Assembly (NCBI RefSeq): GCF_018350175.1
Contig: NC_058368.1
Coordinates: forward strand, 223,760,001 to 223,824,000
Source: Felis catus
Lineage: Eukaryota
DNA length: 64,000 bases
Direction of reading: 5' to 3'
Part shown: piece by piece, positions 62,080 through 64,000 of the stretch
How the letters are laid out: each line of letters starts with the position of its first letter
Numbering within the stretch: position 1 is the first letter of the stretch
Notes under the pieces: model-generated
What the model was told of the DNA's origin: nothing
What the model saw: only the letters and a program-made list of their open reading frames with translations
The model's database searches: none
Translations under genes and position numbers: made by a program

Positions 62080-63539
62080 GATTAGCAATAGGATTCGAAT
62101 ACATATACTCTTAGGTGCTAAAGTTAGGTGCAATCCCCTTCTTTAGATTTGAGCCAATGCAGAATTTTTTTAATGCTGCAGTAAAAGAATTTCAGAACAC
62201 GTAGCCTCCCGGACGCTATTCAAGGATTAGTTCAATGGCTTTTAATCTCCACTCAAAATATTATTTAAATATATTCATATTTTACCATTCTTTTCAGTTT
62301 CCTGCTTATAAGATTTCTCCCCTTTTCCTTTGTTTTATTGTTTTCGGCCCTTTATTGTTGAAGCTTACTTACTCTAAAGCTAAGTGATCCTAGCAATGGA
62401 TTCACACAAGCATGTTTTTTATAAAATATGCAAGAGTAAAGATTTTAACCACAATTGCTTAAGAATGGTGTCTCCTTTAACTTTGGCCTCTAGTCTGCAC
62501 AGTCCTCTCTTGTAGGTGATTTTGAAGTAGCTGTAGTTATTTTGGGAATTCAGCTATCAGAAGGTGATTTGGGGCACAGTTAGTATTTACCCCAATATAT
62601 TTATGTTCAGAGTAGCTTCCGTATAATTTAAAGCTATTGCCAACCTTCCTTAGGTTGGAATGTCTTCCAGAAACACTTTTATGGCCTGGACTTCTGACTC
62701 ATATAAAGTTGTGAAACCAAAGATTTGCACAATATATGCTTACACCACTCATTCTCTTCATCTTATCAGAGAAAAAGCTGCTTTCACGATACCTAAACTT
62801 GTTGGCTCTTGCTACCTTGCAATTTTTAATATATTTTTATTTAAAATTCATCTAGCTGCCAATTTGGATTTTTTTTTTTAGTGTGATGAGATTATCTGCC
62901 CACTATAAAGCTGTTCAGGCTTTGCAATATGGGAACAAAACCACTTTAAACATTCTAATATTTTCAAAATTTAAGAAGTGAGACCCAAACACAAATAAAA
63001 TGCTAAAGTTTATTCCAAAAGTTGATATAACTCAAATGTGTCATTCAACTTCCATTCTAAAAGACATTTTGGAATCTTTTCGTAAAACACAAGTGAAATA
63101 ACAGATGCTTGATTCGGACACTTACGAAAGGTATCTCTTTTGTTGGATTAATATTTGTTTATTGCAGAACTGAGAAAAATTTAGGTTAAAAAACAAGTGG
63201 GATGTGAAGCGATAAGGATAAATATAAACGACAAAATAGAAAATATTTCAATATTAAGAAGTAAATTGTAACAAAACTAGGTAATATTAAGTACATCAAT
63301 TCATTAAAAAGAGATAAATTCCAAAAAATTATTAATAAATAAGGTCTGAGTTTTATGAATCCATTTACATAAAAAAACATATAACAAAATTTTAAATGTA
63401 TTGTTCATTTGGCACATAATACCAGCACCAATGGCAGTAACATAAAACTAAGAAAATGTTATCTCCATAAAGATACTAAAGACAAAGTAGTTAACGAGTG
63501 AATACTTAAAATTAGTCACCAAAGAAGTTTTAAAATACC

Positions 63540-63690
63540 TTGAATCTTACAGTTCATAAATCAAAAATGTTTATAGAGATTCCCCCAAATTTAACACTTT
63601 AAAAAAATTATGATGTTATAAAAAATTATGAGGCCCAAAGCTACTTTTCTAAATAACCAATAATATTAATAATAAAAATATATATCAAAT
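63540..63690 (+). mobile_element. hAT transposase fossil (C-terminal dimerisation region; Zaphod/Arthur-like)
   Basis: Reads EIPPNLT (from 63576) and EAQSYFSK*PII (from 63630), resembling the hAT motif FPNL...EAERxFSKL. Confidence 0.5.
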
Positions 63691-63846
63691 ATACTAAAAA
63701 ACAGGCTGAAATATTTTTCTCATTCCTTTAAAAAATATAAAATGCTTTTATATTAAGGGATGATCATAGTATGTAGCCAATAATATGATAGACAAAACTA
63801 ATATAGAGGCATGTCAGGCAGTTGGTTAATAAAAACATGCTATTTT

Positions 63847-63990
63847 GGGGGCACCTGGGTGGCTCAGTCACTTGAGTGACTTGACTCTTGGTTTCTGCTC
63901 AGGTCATGATCTCACAGTTCCTCGAACTCCACATTGGGCTCCGTGCTGTTAGCATAGAGCCTGCTTGGGATTCTCTCTCTTTTTTTCTCT
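63847..63990 (+). mobile_element. Can-SINE, at window end
   Basis: GGGGGCACCTGGGTGGCTCAGTC head, (CT)n. Confidence 0.92.
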
Positions 63991-64000
63991 CTTTTAATGT

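Noticed and set aside
839..63990. tRNA genes suggested by TGGCTCAGT / GTTCGAGCCC boxes
   Set aside because: These are the tRNA-derived heads of Can-SINEs, followed by (CT)n and A tails.
1..64000. A protein-coding gene or novel multi-gene system
   Set aside because: No ORF or splice-bounded open frame resembles a cellular protein I recognise. No CpG island is evident. Small exons of a large gene cannot be fully excluded by eye.

Overview
This is AT-rich mammalian genomic DNA, almost certainly from a felid (cat family): it carries about 24 tRNA-derived Can-SINEs, including young SINEC_Fc-type copies, and carnivore-type L1s. I recognise no protein-coding gene, RNA gene or CRISPR array. The ORF track is explained by SINEs, L1 fragments, LTRs, microsatellites or chance. 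The window looks like intergenic or deep-intronic sequence with a layered transposon record: Can-SINEs, L1s of several ages, MaLR/ERVL/ERV1 LTRs, hAT DNA-transposon fossils, L2 and MIR. I did not find a convincing novel biological system. The most unusual signal is a near-perfect 52-bp fold-back inverted duplication (27573-27688) that places an old L1 poly(A) signal in a 12-nt loop, next to an AT-only tract. Two more fold-backs occur at 878-936 and 35617-35733. Other points of interest are an inverted L1 with a 66-bp overlap, a carnivore L1 apparently split by older genomic DNA, two tight inverted SINE pairs, and a candidate promoter with non-coding exons at about 17.5-17.9 kb. Repeat subfamily names come from recall of consensus sequences, not a database search, and boundaries of old repeats are approximate.
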